14,850 nucleotides of DNA from Synechococcus sp. Lineage in GTDB: Bacteria; Cyanobacteriota; Cyanobacteriia; Thermostichales; PCC-7336. The stretch covers positions 1-14,850 of the forward strand of contig JBFRWN010000136.1 of NCBI GenBank assembly GCA_051439605.1. The letters are read 5' to 3'. The notes beneath the pieces are model-generated. The model saw nothing but the letters and a program-made list of their open reading frames with translations. It ran no database searches and had not been told where the DNA came from. Positions 7,286 to 14,850 of the stretch are shown piece by piece. Made by a program: the position numbers and the translations under genes. How positions within the stretch are numbered: the first letter of the stretch is position 1; each line of letters opens with the position of its first letter.

Positions 7286-7291
7286 TATACT
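7286..7291 (+). promoter_or_regulatory. Putative -10 element (TATACT) upstream of hfq
   Basis: 5/6 match to TATAAT, 30 bp before the GTG start. No well-spaced -35. Confidence 0.3.
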
Positions 7292-7321
7292 TAATGACCG
7301 ATAGTTTCATCCCATCCGTTC

Positions 7322-7534
7322 GTGACAGACCTTAATACGAGTATCCCTAGCACCCGTTGGTTGCAGGGGATGGTTCGAGAAAAAGCAACTCTCTCCGTAG
7401 GACTCGTTTCTGGAGAGCGGGTCTCGGGGCAGCTGAAATGGATAGACCCCAAATGTATCTGTCTTACAGATGAAACTGGGGGCGAGCAATTGATTTGGCA
7501 ACATGCGATCTCCACCATTAGTGCTTCCAAATAG
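7322..7534 (+). CDS. hfq: Cyanobacterial-type Hfq (Sm-fold protein), 70 aa
   Basis: Pattern T.IPS.R..Q......V.L.SG....G.L.W.D..C..L.......LIW..AI..I matches cyanobacterial Hfq in motif and length. GTG start. Confidence 0.85.
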   Translation: MTDLNTSIPSTRWLQGMVREKATLSVGLVSGERVSGQLKWIDPKCICLTDETGGEQLIWQHAISTISASK

Positions 7535-7689
7535 TTGTATCGGAATGCTCTGTTGGAGCTTGCGCTCGCGTTCGCACCGTTGAGTTCGCGTTTTAGAGAG
7601 TGGGCACCTATTTTGCACTCTTTGTTTCTGGCTAGGGCTTGCTCCATGTCCAGAATGATTTATCTGTTCTGTGTGATTTTTCAGTCCCT

Positions 7690-8478
7690 ATGGAAGTAAT
7701 ACCTGCGATCGATCTGTTGGGTGGCCGTTGCGTGCGCTTGTTTCAAGGCAACTACGATCGGTCAGAAGTGTTTGGCGACGACCCGCTAGAAATGGCCCGG
7801 CGTTGGGCTCGAGAGGGAGCGACCCGGCTACATCTGGTGGATCTAGATGGAGCAAAGAGCGGTCAGCCCACCAACTTCCAAGTGATTCAGCAGATTGTCC
7901 GTGCCCTCGATATCCCCGTTCAGGTGGGGGGAGGAGTTCGCTCCTTGGCGATCGCCGAACAGTTACTGGGATTTGGGGTTGAGCGAGTCATTGTGGGCAC
8001 GCTGGCCGTCGAACAACCACAGGAGTTGGCACTAATGTGCCAGCAGTATCCTGGCAAAATTGCCGTCGGCATCGATGCACGCAACGGCAAAGTAGCTACA
8101 CGCGGTTGGATGGATACTACCGAGGTAGAAGCCACATCCCTGGTGAAGCAGGTGTGCCAACACGATATCGTGGCCATTATTTACACTGACATTCATCGGG
8201 ATGGCACCCTCAGTGGCCCCAATGTTAACCAACTGCGAGCAATAACCGATGTATCCTCCGTTCCAACCATTGCATCGGGAGGTATCAGTTCCGTTTCCGA
8301 CCTGTTGTCGCTCTTGCCGTTAAGCTCTCCTGGCCGCAGTGGTGCTTCTGTGGGCGGGGCAATCGTGGGCAAGGCTCTGTACGCAGGGGCGATCGAGCTG
8401 GCTGAGGCAATTCAAGCGGTTGGAAACGGACGCTGGCAGGATGTTCCCCCTCAAAATAACGGCACTGCATTCGCCTGA
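7690..8478 (+). CDS. hisA: ProFAR isomerase (histidine biosynthesis)
   Basis: Motifs MEVIPAIDLLGGRCVRLFQG.Y, LHLVDLDGA, QVGGGVR, GIDARNGKVATRGW, TDIHRDGTLSGPN, IASGGIS, IVGKALY and the cyanobacterial tail RWQDVPP. ATG at 7690 is the likely start. Confidence 0.97.
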   Translation: MEVIPAIDLLGGRCVRLFQGNYDRSEVFGDDPLEMARRWAREGATRLHLVDLDGAKSGQPTNFQVIQQIVRALDIPVQVGGGVRSLAIAEQLLGFGVERVIVGTLAVEQPQELALMCQQYPGKIAVGIDARNGKVATRGWMDTTEVEATSLVKQVCQHDIVAIIYTDIHRDGTLSGPNVNQLRAITDVSSVPTIASGGISSVSDLLSLLPLSSPGRSGASVGGAIVGKALYAGAIELAEAIQAVGNGRWQDVPPQNNGTAFA

Positions 8479-8562
8479 GCTTTTTCTTGGACGGAGGTAA
8501 GCAATCTCTATGCCTAAACGGCTGAAAGCCTTGCCAGACAACACATTGGAGCTGGGCAAAAA

Positions 8563-8614
8563 TACTTAAACTTTTGTGTCCGGTCTTAGGAGCCCAATGA
8601 GTCTACGGTAAACT
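8563..8614 (+). promoter_or_regulatory. Putative psaC promoter: -10 TAAACT (8609-8614) with a reverse HLR1-like direct repeat (8563-8580)
   Basis: The minus strand of 8563-8580 reads GACACAAA-AG-TTTAAGTA, a 12/16 match to HLR1 (G/T)TTACA(T/A)(T/A)-N2-repeat, in an AT-rich stretch upstream of the -35 region. Confidence 0.3.
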
Positions 8615-8666
8615 GATGCCATAACAAACTCGGTAGCACGTCTTTACTCGCTGGAGATTCGTTTGA

Positions 8667-8915
8667 ATGTCTCACACCGTTAAGATTTACGACACCTGCA
8701 TCGGCTGCACCCAATGCGTCCGTGCTTGCCCAACGGATGTACTTGAAATGGTGCCCTGGGAAGGTGGCAATAAAGCTGGAACAATTGCAGCCTCCCCCCG
8801 TACCGAAGATTGTGTTGGCTGCAAGCGCTGTGAAACCGCATGCCCGACTGACTTCCTGAGCATCCGCGTTTACCTGGGCGCAGAAACCTCCCGCAGCATG
8901 GGCTTGGCTTACTAA
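8667..8915 (+). CDS. psaC: Photosystem I iron-sulfur centre (FA/FB), 82 aa
   Basis: [22 protein letters not shown]...[34 protein letters not shown], with two CxxCxxCxxxCP motifs. GGAG at 8653-8656. Confidence 0.99.
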   Translation: MSHTVKIYDTCIGCTQCVRACPTDVLEMVPWEGGNKAGTIAASPRTEDCVGCKRCETACPTDFLSIRVYLGAETSRSMGLAY

Positions 8916-8950
8916 GCCTATGGGCTGTTGTCCTACAATTGCACTCTGAT

Positions 8951-8988
8951 TCAAACAAAAAGCGTCCTCTTGGGCGCTTTTTGTTTGA
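8951..8988 (+). terminator. Strong intrinsic terminator after psaC (symmetric, likely bidirectional)
   Basis: 17-bp inverted repeat TCAAACAAAAAGCGTCC-TCTT-GGGCGCTTTTTGTTTGA with one G-U pair. Confidence 0.85.
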
Positions 8989-9054
8989 GAACTAGGGGTT
9001 GAAAAAACAAACTCAAAACGGTTCGAATGTGGGGCACTACCCAAAGCTTAAGTG

Positions 9055-9060
9055 TAGAAT
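9055..9060 (+). promoter_or_regulatory. Putative -10 element (TAGAAT) for ftsQ
   Basis: 5/6 match to TATAAT between the psaC terminator and the ftsQ start. The terminator implies ftsQ needs its own promoter. Confidence 0.35.
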
Positions 9061-9159
9061 TCGTCGTACATCTGCAGAAGAAATACGCAAGCTTCCTGTC
9101 AGCAGCTGGTTGAGGATTACAAGGAATCCAGAATCCTGGCAATTTCTACGTTGGAAGTC

Positions 9160-10062
9160 ATGGCACGCCTGAAACCTATCACACGACAACAACTGAAACA
9201 GCGCCGAGAGCAGCTACGGCATACCATGCGGCAGAAGCTACGAATCCGCATCTGGCGTTTTGTTCTGACAACAGGATTTTTAGCGGCCGGAATTTATGGA
9301 GCAAGGGCTCCCATTTGGAAAATTCAGGATACTGAAACAGTCCGAATTAAGGGCAACCAGCTCCTGTCAGAGGAAGACATCCTGGCATTGGCTCCCCCCA
9401 TATCATCCCTTTATATCTGGCAGGTGGAGCCCAGCCAGGTAGAGGCCGCGTTACTGCGAAATCCCCTTCTGAAATCCGTCGCCGTGCGCCGCCACCTCTT
9501 CCCCCCTCACGTCTCTGCAAGAGTACAAGAGCGACAAGCCGTGGCTATTGGTGAAACCACAGGTACACCTGGATTCATCGATGCAGAGGGTCACTGGATC
9601 GCTCTCGCCATGTTGCCAGCAGGAGAAATTCCCTCCAATTGGCCCACTGTAAAGGCGGTTGGTTGGCAAAATCAGAGAGAAGCTGATTGGGCCGAGTTAC
9701 TGTTTGTCTTGCAATACAGCAAAGTAGAGATTCAGGAAGTAGATTGGAGTTCCCCAAGCAACCTGATTTTGCAGACTGAGGTGGGGGAAGTCCATCTGGG
9801 AGCCTTACCAGAAGGAACTCCTCCAGATAGTCCTCGCGGAACCTCTCCTTTAGGTCAGGCTCTAAAACAACGCATCCAACGTTTAAACGAATTGCACGAA
9901 CTCTACGGCAATAGCAGTGGCTGTAACTGTCAACCGGAAGATATCGTTCATATCGACCTTGCGGAACTAGACTTTCCCACTGTCACTCTGACTGAATCTG
10001 CCCAGGCAGCTCGATTTCCCAACCCAGAAAGCCGAGATCCCATTCTCCACACCGATGAATAA
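9160..10062 (+). CDS. ftsQ: Cell division protein FtsQ/DivIB
   Basis: Arg/Gln-rich cytoplasmic N-terminus (QQLKQRREQLR), one TM helix (IWRFVLTTGFLAAGIYGA), a POTRA domain (IKGNQLLSEEDI...V.VRRHLFPP.V...VQER..VA) and a C-terminal domain with VDW..PSNLILQTE.G.VHLG and IDL. ATG at 9160 (alternative TTG at 9151). Confidence 0.88.
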   Translation: MARLKPITRQQLKQRREQLRHTMRQKLRIRIWRFVLTTGFLAAGIYGARAPIWKIQDTETVRIKGNQLLSEEDILALAPPISSLYIWQVEPSQVEAALLRNPLLKSVAVRRHLFPPHVSARVQERQAVAIGETTGTPGFIDAEGHWIALAMLPAGEIPSNWPTVKAVGWQNQREADWAELLFVLQYSKVEIQEVDWSSPSNLILQTEVGEVHLGALPEGTPPDSPRGTSPLGQALKQRIQRLNELHELYGNSSGCNCQPEDIVHIDLAELDFPTVTLTESAQAARFPNPESRDPILHTDE

Positions 10063-10105
10063 GCTGCTCTCATCCATTCACAGCACTCATATATCGATGG
10101 GGACT

Positions 10106-12421
10106 CTACTCTCTATTGCGCGGAGATGAGTTTATCAGGGAAATGTCACTCTTGGCACTAGGCAAGTCGGTGTCCACCAAAACTGGAGAGGGCAGATCCG
10201 CAACCGCATCTAATAGAGTTTTCAGGGTATGGCGATCGATGGTGTTGCCATCCACCAGCTTCTGAGAAAGTGAAGATTCAGCCCTGTTATGCCCAACTGT
10301 TATTGGCTTATCCCGGCCATTTAGACCCAAATTCTCGCCCCGCAAATTCTCAGGGGTGGGAATTTGATGCCCTAACATTTGAGGTAAATAAGGGACAATC
10401 GCTGTCACTACTTCGTTCCCGTAGACACCATCGGCACCCGAGGGTAATGGATTATCTTCTCCATTGGCCATTGCCACCATTTCCAATGCTCGTTGCAGGG
10501 CGTAAACAGCCGTTCCACGATCGCCCTTTTGGAACACATTGTTCCCCTGTAAGACTGATTGCAAAGCCTGAGCGGTGGCGGTTTGTGACTCTTCAGGGAC
10601 CGCTTTGACTAAGCGGGTGAGGGGATCGAGATCGGGTGGATTTTGGGCCAGCTTGTAAAGGTCGTACAGCAAAATGGCATGAGGAACCGGGCGGCTGGGC
10701 TGTTCTGCCGTTGCATGTCCAGTCGCTAACACATCCCCCTCGTACACTAATGAACTACTAAACCCCGAGTCCAGTAATACAGCCTCTCGAACCCCCAACT
10801 TTGGCAAGATTTCGGCCAGTTTAAGGCTATAAACGTGGGTATCTGTGACCCCCACAATAATCTTGTTATCGCTATCCACTCCAAAGAACACGCGGGGACG
10901 AGATTCTGCGGCACTGGAAAGATTGAAAGATTCTAGTTCTGGCAGCGAGAGAGCTTGTCCGTCCTTCACCAGCCATAGCCCAGCCACAAACAAATCGGTG
11001 ACATCTGGCATAATCTGCTGGATTTGTTCTGGGTCGTTCATCACTTCAGGATGAAACGGCACGAAACTGAGGCGATCGCGCCCTAGTAGTACGAGGGGGC
11101 GGCCTCGGATCGCCCGATTATCCCTCTCGCGGCCAGGCACAAACACATCGTTGTTTGCAGCTTGCACCGGCCCCACCATAACGTTGCTGGAGGCATAAAT
11201 CCACGGCAAGGAGAAGAAGCTCCCATTGATGCCAGCAGTCGCGTGATATCGATCGATCAAGGTACCCACGCTGTAACGAGCATCTGCGTGAACCGTCGCA
11301 GCCCGTCCCCCACGCATGAGGTAGAGATGGACGTTATCAACCGTTTCTTCTTCTAAAACCACCGGAGCTGCCACATCCACTTGGTAGGTATGTAACTCCC
11401 CTTGAGGAACTGCTTTAGCACCAATCAGGGCTTCCGTCAGACGAAATTGAATAAACCGCTGGACCTCTAACAGGTTGGAGGATTGGCCAGCATAGCCAGC
11501 ATCCATCGTGGTTGCCATCAAATAGCCAGCTTCTTCAACCATTTTGACAACGCGTTCGTCACGATTTCCGGCTGGATAGGCAAAATGTACAATTTCGTGC
11601 CCCAGCCGCTCCTCCAATACCCTTTTGGACTCAAACAGCTCGCGCCGCAGAGTATCATCATCCAAAAGCCTCAGGTCTTCGGGGTGATTAATGGTGTGGG
11701 CAGCAATTTCGATCAATCCACTGGCATCCATCTCTTGCATCTGCTCCCACGTAAAGTGATCTTTACTCGTGGGCACTCCGACAAACCCAGTTTGTACGTA
11801 GTAGGTAGCGGGGAAATTGAACTCCTTTAGCAGCGGGAACGCATTTTCGTAGAGACCTAGATAGGCATCGTCAAAGGTCAACACAATTGGCTTAGGGGGT
11901 AAATCCTTTCCGTGTCGTAAGTGATCGTACAAATCGCTGATGGAAATGGGAGTGGCTCCTGCCGCCTGAATGGCTTCAAAATCTCGGCGTAGCTCGTTAA
12001 CAGTTTGGTCGAACCAAACTTCTTTGGTATTTGCCACAATATCGTGATACATAATAACGGGCACGTAAGACTGCTTTGCCCAAGGATGAATCTCGTAGGG
12101 ACGCTGAGGATTGGCCGCCGGCATAAAATCAGGCAAAGTTTCTGCCCCATCTCCAACCACAGCGGTGACTGTCTCGTTGCCCTCTTGCTCTGAAGAGTTA
12201 CTGTCTTGCGAAGACGTGGGGGAGCTGGGAAAAAAACTGTGCATGTTCGATCCCAGCCAGGCTGCACCAGAACCAATCGAAAACCCCATTACCACTAAAA
12301 CGATTAATAGCCAGCGCCGCCCCCTCGCCGATCTGCGCATTTGTCCACGATCTCTCCTGGTAGGGCTGTATGACGGATAGTGGGATCGACGAGCGGGAGG
12401 GCGAGAATGCCTGAATGACAT
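10106..12421 (-). CDS. Membrane-anchored CE4 polysaccharide deacetylase fused to a phosphodiester-glycosidase (NAGPA)-like domain and a putative peptidoglycan-binding domain, 771 aa
   Basis: TM segment at about aa 37-57. NodB motifs VPVIMYHDI, LTFDDAY (T182-D185), HTINH (H242/H246) and FAYPAG. NAGPA-like motifs AGINGSFF, RPRVFFG and AVLLDSGFSSSL. PG_binding_1-like QKGDRGTAVYALQRAL...ADGVYG. Confidence 0.85.
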   Translation of the reverse strand: MSFRHSRPPARRSHYPSYSPTRRDRGQMRRSARGRRWLLIVLVVMGFSIGSGAAWLGSNMHSFFPSSPTSSQDSNSSEQEGNETVTAVVGDGAETLPDFMPAANPQRPYEIHPWAKQSYVPVIMYHDIVANTKEVWFDQTVNELRRDFEAIQAAGATPISISDLYDHLRHGKDLPPKPIVLTFDDAYLGLYENAFPLLKEFNFPATYYVQTGFVGVPTSKDHFTWEQMQEMDASGLIEIAAHTINHPEDLRLLDDDTLRRELFESKRVLEERLGHEIVHFAYPAGNRDERVVKMVEEAGYLMATTMDAGYAGQSSNLLEVQRFIQFRLTEALIGAKAVPQGELHTYQVDVAAPVVLEEETVDNVHLYLMRGGRAATVHADARYSVGTLIDRYHATAGINGSFFSLPWIYASSNVMVGPVQAANNDVFVPGRERDNRAIRGRPLVLLGRDRLSFVPFHPEVMNDPEQIQQIMPDVTDLFVAGLWLVKDGQALSLPELESFNLSSAAESRPRVFFGVDSDNKIIVGVTDTHVYSLKLAEILPKLGVREAVLLDSGFSSSLVYEGDVLATGHATAEQPSRPVPHAILLYDLYKLAQNPPDLDPLTRLVKAVPEESQTATAQALQSVLQGNNVFQKGDRGTAVYALQRALEMVAMANGEDNPLPSGADGVYGNEVVTAIVPYLPQMLGHQIPTPENLRGENLGLNGRDKPITVGHNRAESSLSQKLVDGNTIDRHTLKTLLDAVADLPSPVLVDTDLPSAKSDISLINSSPRNRE

Positions 12422-12704
12422 GGTAATTAGAAGAACGCGACAGTATGAACCGAACTGACTTGCAACTGAACTGGTTTGAAAATGACTGGCAGCGGGGATC
12501 GATGACTACTTTGGGATTTACCTCCCCCTTAATAACGCAGAGGCTTTAATGACTTTGCACGAAACTGCGGAGTATGGCACCGTTAGCAAGAGTATCATCG
12601 CCTTCAATGCATCGGGCAAAGCCCCCATGATAATCTGACACGCTACGATAGCAGGGGTTATTTCCGTTACTCTTTCCAGTGTGTGTGCTGAGGAATTTCA
12701 GTAA

Positions 12705-14567
12705 ATGTGTGGAATTGTCGGGTATATCGGTCATCAGGCAGCAGTGTCGATCCTGATTGAAGGACTTCGCAAACTGGAATATCGCGGCTACGATTCCGCG
12801 GGCATCGCGTTGATCGAAAACTCCCACCTCTACCGGGTGCGTACCAAAGGGAAGCTCAAAAATATGGAGGCCAAACTGCAATTGCAGGACCTCCCCCATG
12901 AGATTTCCACCGCTCGTATAGGTCTGGGGCACACTCGCTGGGCCACCCACGGTAGACCAGAGGAATATAACGCACATCCCCACACCAGCCAATCTGGCCG
13001 GCTCGCAGTCATTCAAAATGGCATCGTTGAAAACTACCGCGATTTACGCCAGATGCTTGTGGCAAAAGGCCACACATTTGTTACGGAGACAGACACGGAG
13101 GTTGTTCCACATCTCATCGAAGATTTGCTGTCCTCTGGGATGCCGCTCCTCGACGCGGTCCGCGAAGCAGCCAAGCACCTTGAGGGCTCTTACGCGATCG
13201 CCATCGCCAGTGCCGATCACCCACATGAATTAATTGCTGTTCGGCAACAATGCCCGTTGGTCCTTGGCTACGGAGAGGGAGAATCCTTCTTTGCTTCCGA
13301 CATCCCTGCCCTCATTCACTACACCAATCGAGTTGTCGTACTAGACAATGCCGAGATTGCTAAGCTCACGCCCAATGGGGTTGAAATCTTTTCGTTTGAT
13401 GGCGCTCCCATTCCCAGAAAACCTCAGGTTCTAGAATGGAATCCAGTCATGGTGGAGAAACAGGGCTACCGGCACTTTATGCTCAAGGAAATCCACGAGC
13501 AACCCGCCACTATTCGCTCCGGTTTACAGAACAAGCTGACCGACCATCCCGAAAAACCCATTAACCTCAATCTCCCCATCAAGCTGCTAGCCGAAACTCA
13601 GCAGATTGAGATTGTGGCTTGTGGGACTAGTTGGCACGCAGCTTTAGTCGGTAAGCATCTTCTGGAACAGGTTGCCCAAATCCCCACGAACGTTCAGTAC
13701 GCTTCTGAATACCGCTACTCCCCACCTCCCAAACAGCCTCATACCCTAACCATTGGAGTTACCCAATCAGGTGAAACAGCTGATACGCTATCAGCTTTAA
13801 CATTGGCCAAAAAACGATCTGTAGGCGATCCTACTCACCATCTTTTAGGGATTACGAACCGCGTCGATAGCTCTCTCGGGCGTTTAATTCCAAATATTTT
13901 GGATCTCAAAGCTGGAATCGAAATTGGTGTTGCAGCCACCAAAACATTTACCGCCCAGCTCCTCGCCTTTTATCTGCTGGCTCTAGACTTTGCCTGTCAC
14001 CGGCAAACAGTTTCCGCAGAAGACATTGACGCCATAGTTGAGCAACTAAGGGAATTGCCTTCCCACCTAGAAAGCGTTCTCGCATCACAAGCTGAAGCAA
14101 TTGAATCATTGGCCCACCGCTTTAATGAAACTCAGGATTTCATTTACATCGGTCGTGGCATCAATTATCCAATTGCGCTGGAGGGCGCTTTAAAGCTGAA
14201 AGAAATTAGCTATATCCATGCCGAGGGATACCCAGCTGGAGAGATGAAACACGGACCGATCGCTCTCCTCGATCCCAAGGTTCCTGTTGTGGCGATCGCC
14301 ATGCCGGGACCGCTCTACGAGAAGGTGATCTCCAATGCTCAGGAGGCAAAAGCCCGAGATGCCATCTTGATTGGGGTAGTGGCGCAAAACGACTGCATGG
14401 CCCAAGATATCTTCGACATCACGTTGCCAGTTCCCGAAGTACCGGAGCTATTATCTCCCCTAGTATCCAACATTCCATTGCAGCTGTTGGCCTATTACAT
14501 CGCAGCACTCAGAGGGCTAGACGTCGATCAACCTAGAAACCTAGCAAAATCCGTAACTGTTGAGTAG
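12705..14567 (+). CDS. glmS: Glutamine--fructose-6-phosphate aminotransferase (isomerising)
   Basis: Motifs MCGIVG (catalytic Cys), LEYRGYDSAG, GHTRWATHG, SQ/TQSGETADT, EGALKLKEISYIHAEG, EMKHGPIAL and DQPRNLAKSVTVE. GAGGA at 12690-12694. Confidence 0.99.
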   Translation: MCGIVGYIGHQAAVSILIEGLRKLEYRGYDSAGIALIENSHLYRVRTKGKLKNMEAKLQLQDLPHEISTARIGLGHTRWATHGRPEEYNAHPHTSQSGRLAVIQNGIVENYRDLRQMLVAKGHTFVTETDTEVVPHLIEDLLSSGMPLLDAVREAAKHLEGSYAIAIASADHPHELIAVRQQCPLVLGYGEGESFFASDIPALIHYTNRVVVLDNAEIAKLTPNGVEIFSFDGAPIPRKPQVLEWNPVMVEKQGYRHFMLKEIHEQPATIRSGLQNKLTDHPEKPINLNLPIKLLAETQQIEIVACGTSWHAALVGKHLLEQVAQIPTNVQYASEYRYSPPPKQPHTLTIGVTQSGETADTLSALTLAKKRSVGDPTHHLLGITNRVDSSLGRLIPNILDLKAGIEIGVAATKTFTAQLLAFYLLALDFACHRQTVSAEDIDAIVEQLRELPSHLESVLASQAEAIESLAHRFNETQDFIYIGRGINYPIALEGALKLKEISYIHAEGYPAGEMKHGPIALLDPKVPVVAIAMPGPLYEKVISNAQEAKARDAILIGVVAQNDCMAQDIFDITLPVPEVPELLSPLVSNIPLQLLAYYIAALRGLDVDQPRNLAKSVTVE

Positions 14568-14697
14568 TCAACAAGGCGATTGAGTCCGAACTTTCGTTTA
14601 TACGCGCTTATCATCAACCAGACAGCGTTATTGCTTGCAGAGTCGTCGTGTTGATGTGGTCATGACAAAGACTTCAAACAGATCAGCCGCTGATAAG

Positions 14698-14736
14698 GAA
14701 AACCGCCTTCCATTAATTGGGAGGGCGGTTTTCTTT
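14698..14736. terminator. Bidirectional intrinsic terminator between the convergent glmS and rRNA operon
   Basis: GAAAACCGCCTTCCA-TTAAT-TGGGAGGGCGGTTTTC hairpin with T-runs on both strands. Confidence 0.8.
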
Positions 14737-14752
14737 GTATCTTAAAGAAAAG

Positions 14753-14850
14753 TCTGGCATCGAGCTATATTCCCATGGGGCAACCCCCAAAGTATTGTCG
14801 CCGCGCCAGTGTTTCACAACCGAGTTCGGGATGGTTCGGAGTGGTTCCAC
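14753..14850 (-). rRNA. rrf: 5S rRNA, 3' ~98 nt (5' end lies beyond the window)
   Basis: Minus strand reads GTGGAACCACTCCGAACCATCCCGAACTCGGTTGTGAAAC...ATAGCTCGATGCCAGA, containing the conserved CCATCCCGAAC loop C and the cyanobacterial 3' end. Confidence 0.97.

Larger units (their letters stand above)
807..14299. repeat. Dispersed HIP1 octamers (GCGATCGC)
   Basis: Counted by eye at 807, 1074, 4750, 5494, 6521, 7948, 11072, 13194 and 14292. That is at least 9 against about 0.2 expected at random, and there are many further CGATCG cores. Confidence 0.9.

Noticed and set aside
7291..7647. 118-aa and 103-aa minus-strand ORFs
   Set aside because: Antisense to hfq, with no recognisable motifs.
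8586..9044. 152-aa and 92-aa minus-strand ORFs
   Set aside because: Antisense shadows of psaC that cross its terminator.
12422..12704. glmS ribozyme upstream of glmS
   Set aside because: The conserved AGCGCC...GACGAGG core is absent.
12546..13016. 156-aa minus-strand ORF
   Set aside because: Antisense shadow of glmS. The other short ORFs nested inside core genes are rejected on the same grounds.
1..14850. CRISPR array, prophage or defence system
   Set aside because: No regularly spaced repeats and no cas, integrase, phage or nuclease genes seen.

Overview
Mostly core-genome DNA from a cyanobacterium: it carries psaC, petG, a panC-cmk fusion, a cyanobacterial-type hfq and at least 9 HIP1 GCGATCGC sites, and the PsaC sequence suggests an early-branching lineage. 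Order from left to right: 3' end of an IS4-superfamily transposase (+), a small two-TM ORF (-), panC/cmk (-), petG (-; missing from the ORF track), a hairpin-rich ~500 bp intergenic region, an atypical WCRLC thioredoxin (+), moaB (-), recO (-), malQ (-), hfq (+), hisA (+), psaC (+), ftsQ (+), a 771-aa membrane-anchored deacetylase / phosphodiester-glycosidase-like / peptidoglycan-binding protein (-), glmS (+), a terminator and the 3' part of a 5S rRNA (-). I see no CRISPR array, prophage or defence island, and no unambiguous new multi-gene system. The best leads are: (1) a candidate minus-strand structured RNA upstream of petG; (2) a possible cell-wall amino-sugar module (ftsQ without ftsZ, the three-domain deacetylase, divergent glmS) lying between psaC and glmS; (3) an out-of-frame uORF that mimics the Hfq N-terminus; (4) a proteobacterial-type moaB. 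All family calls come from motif recognition by eye; no database searches were run.
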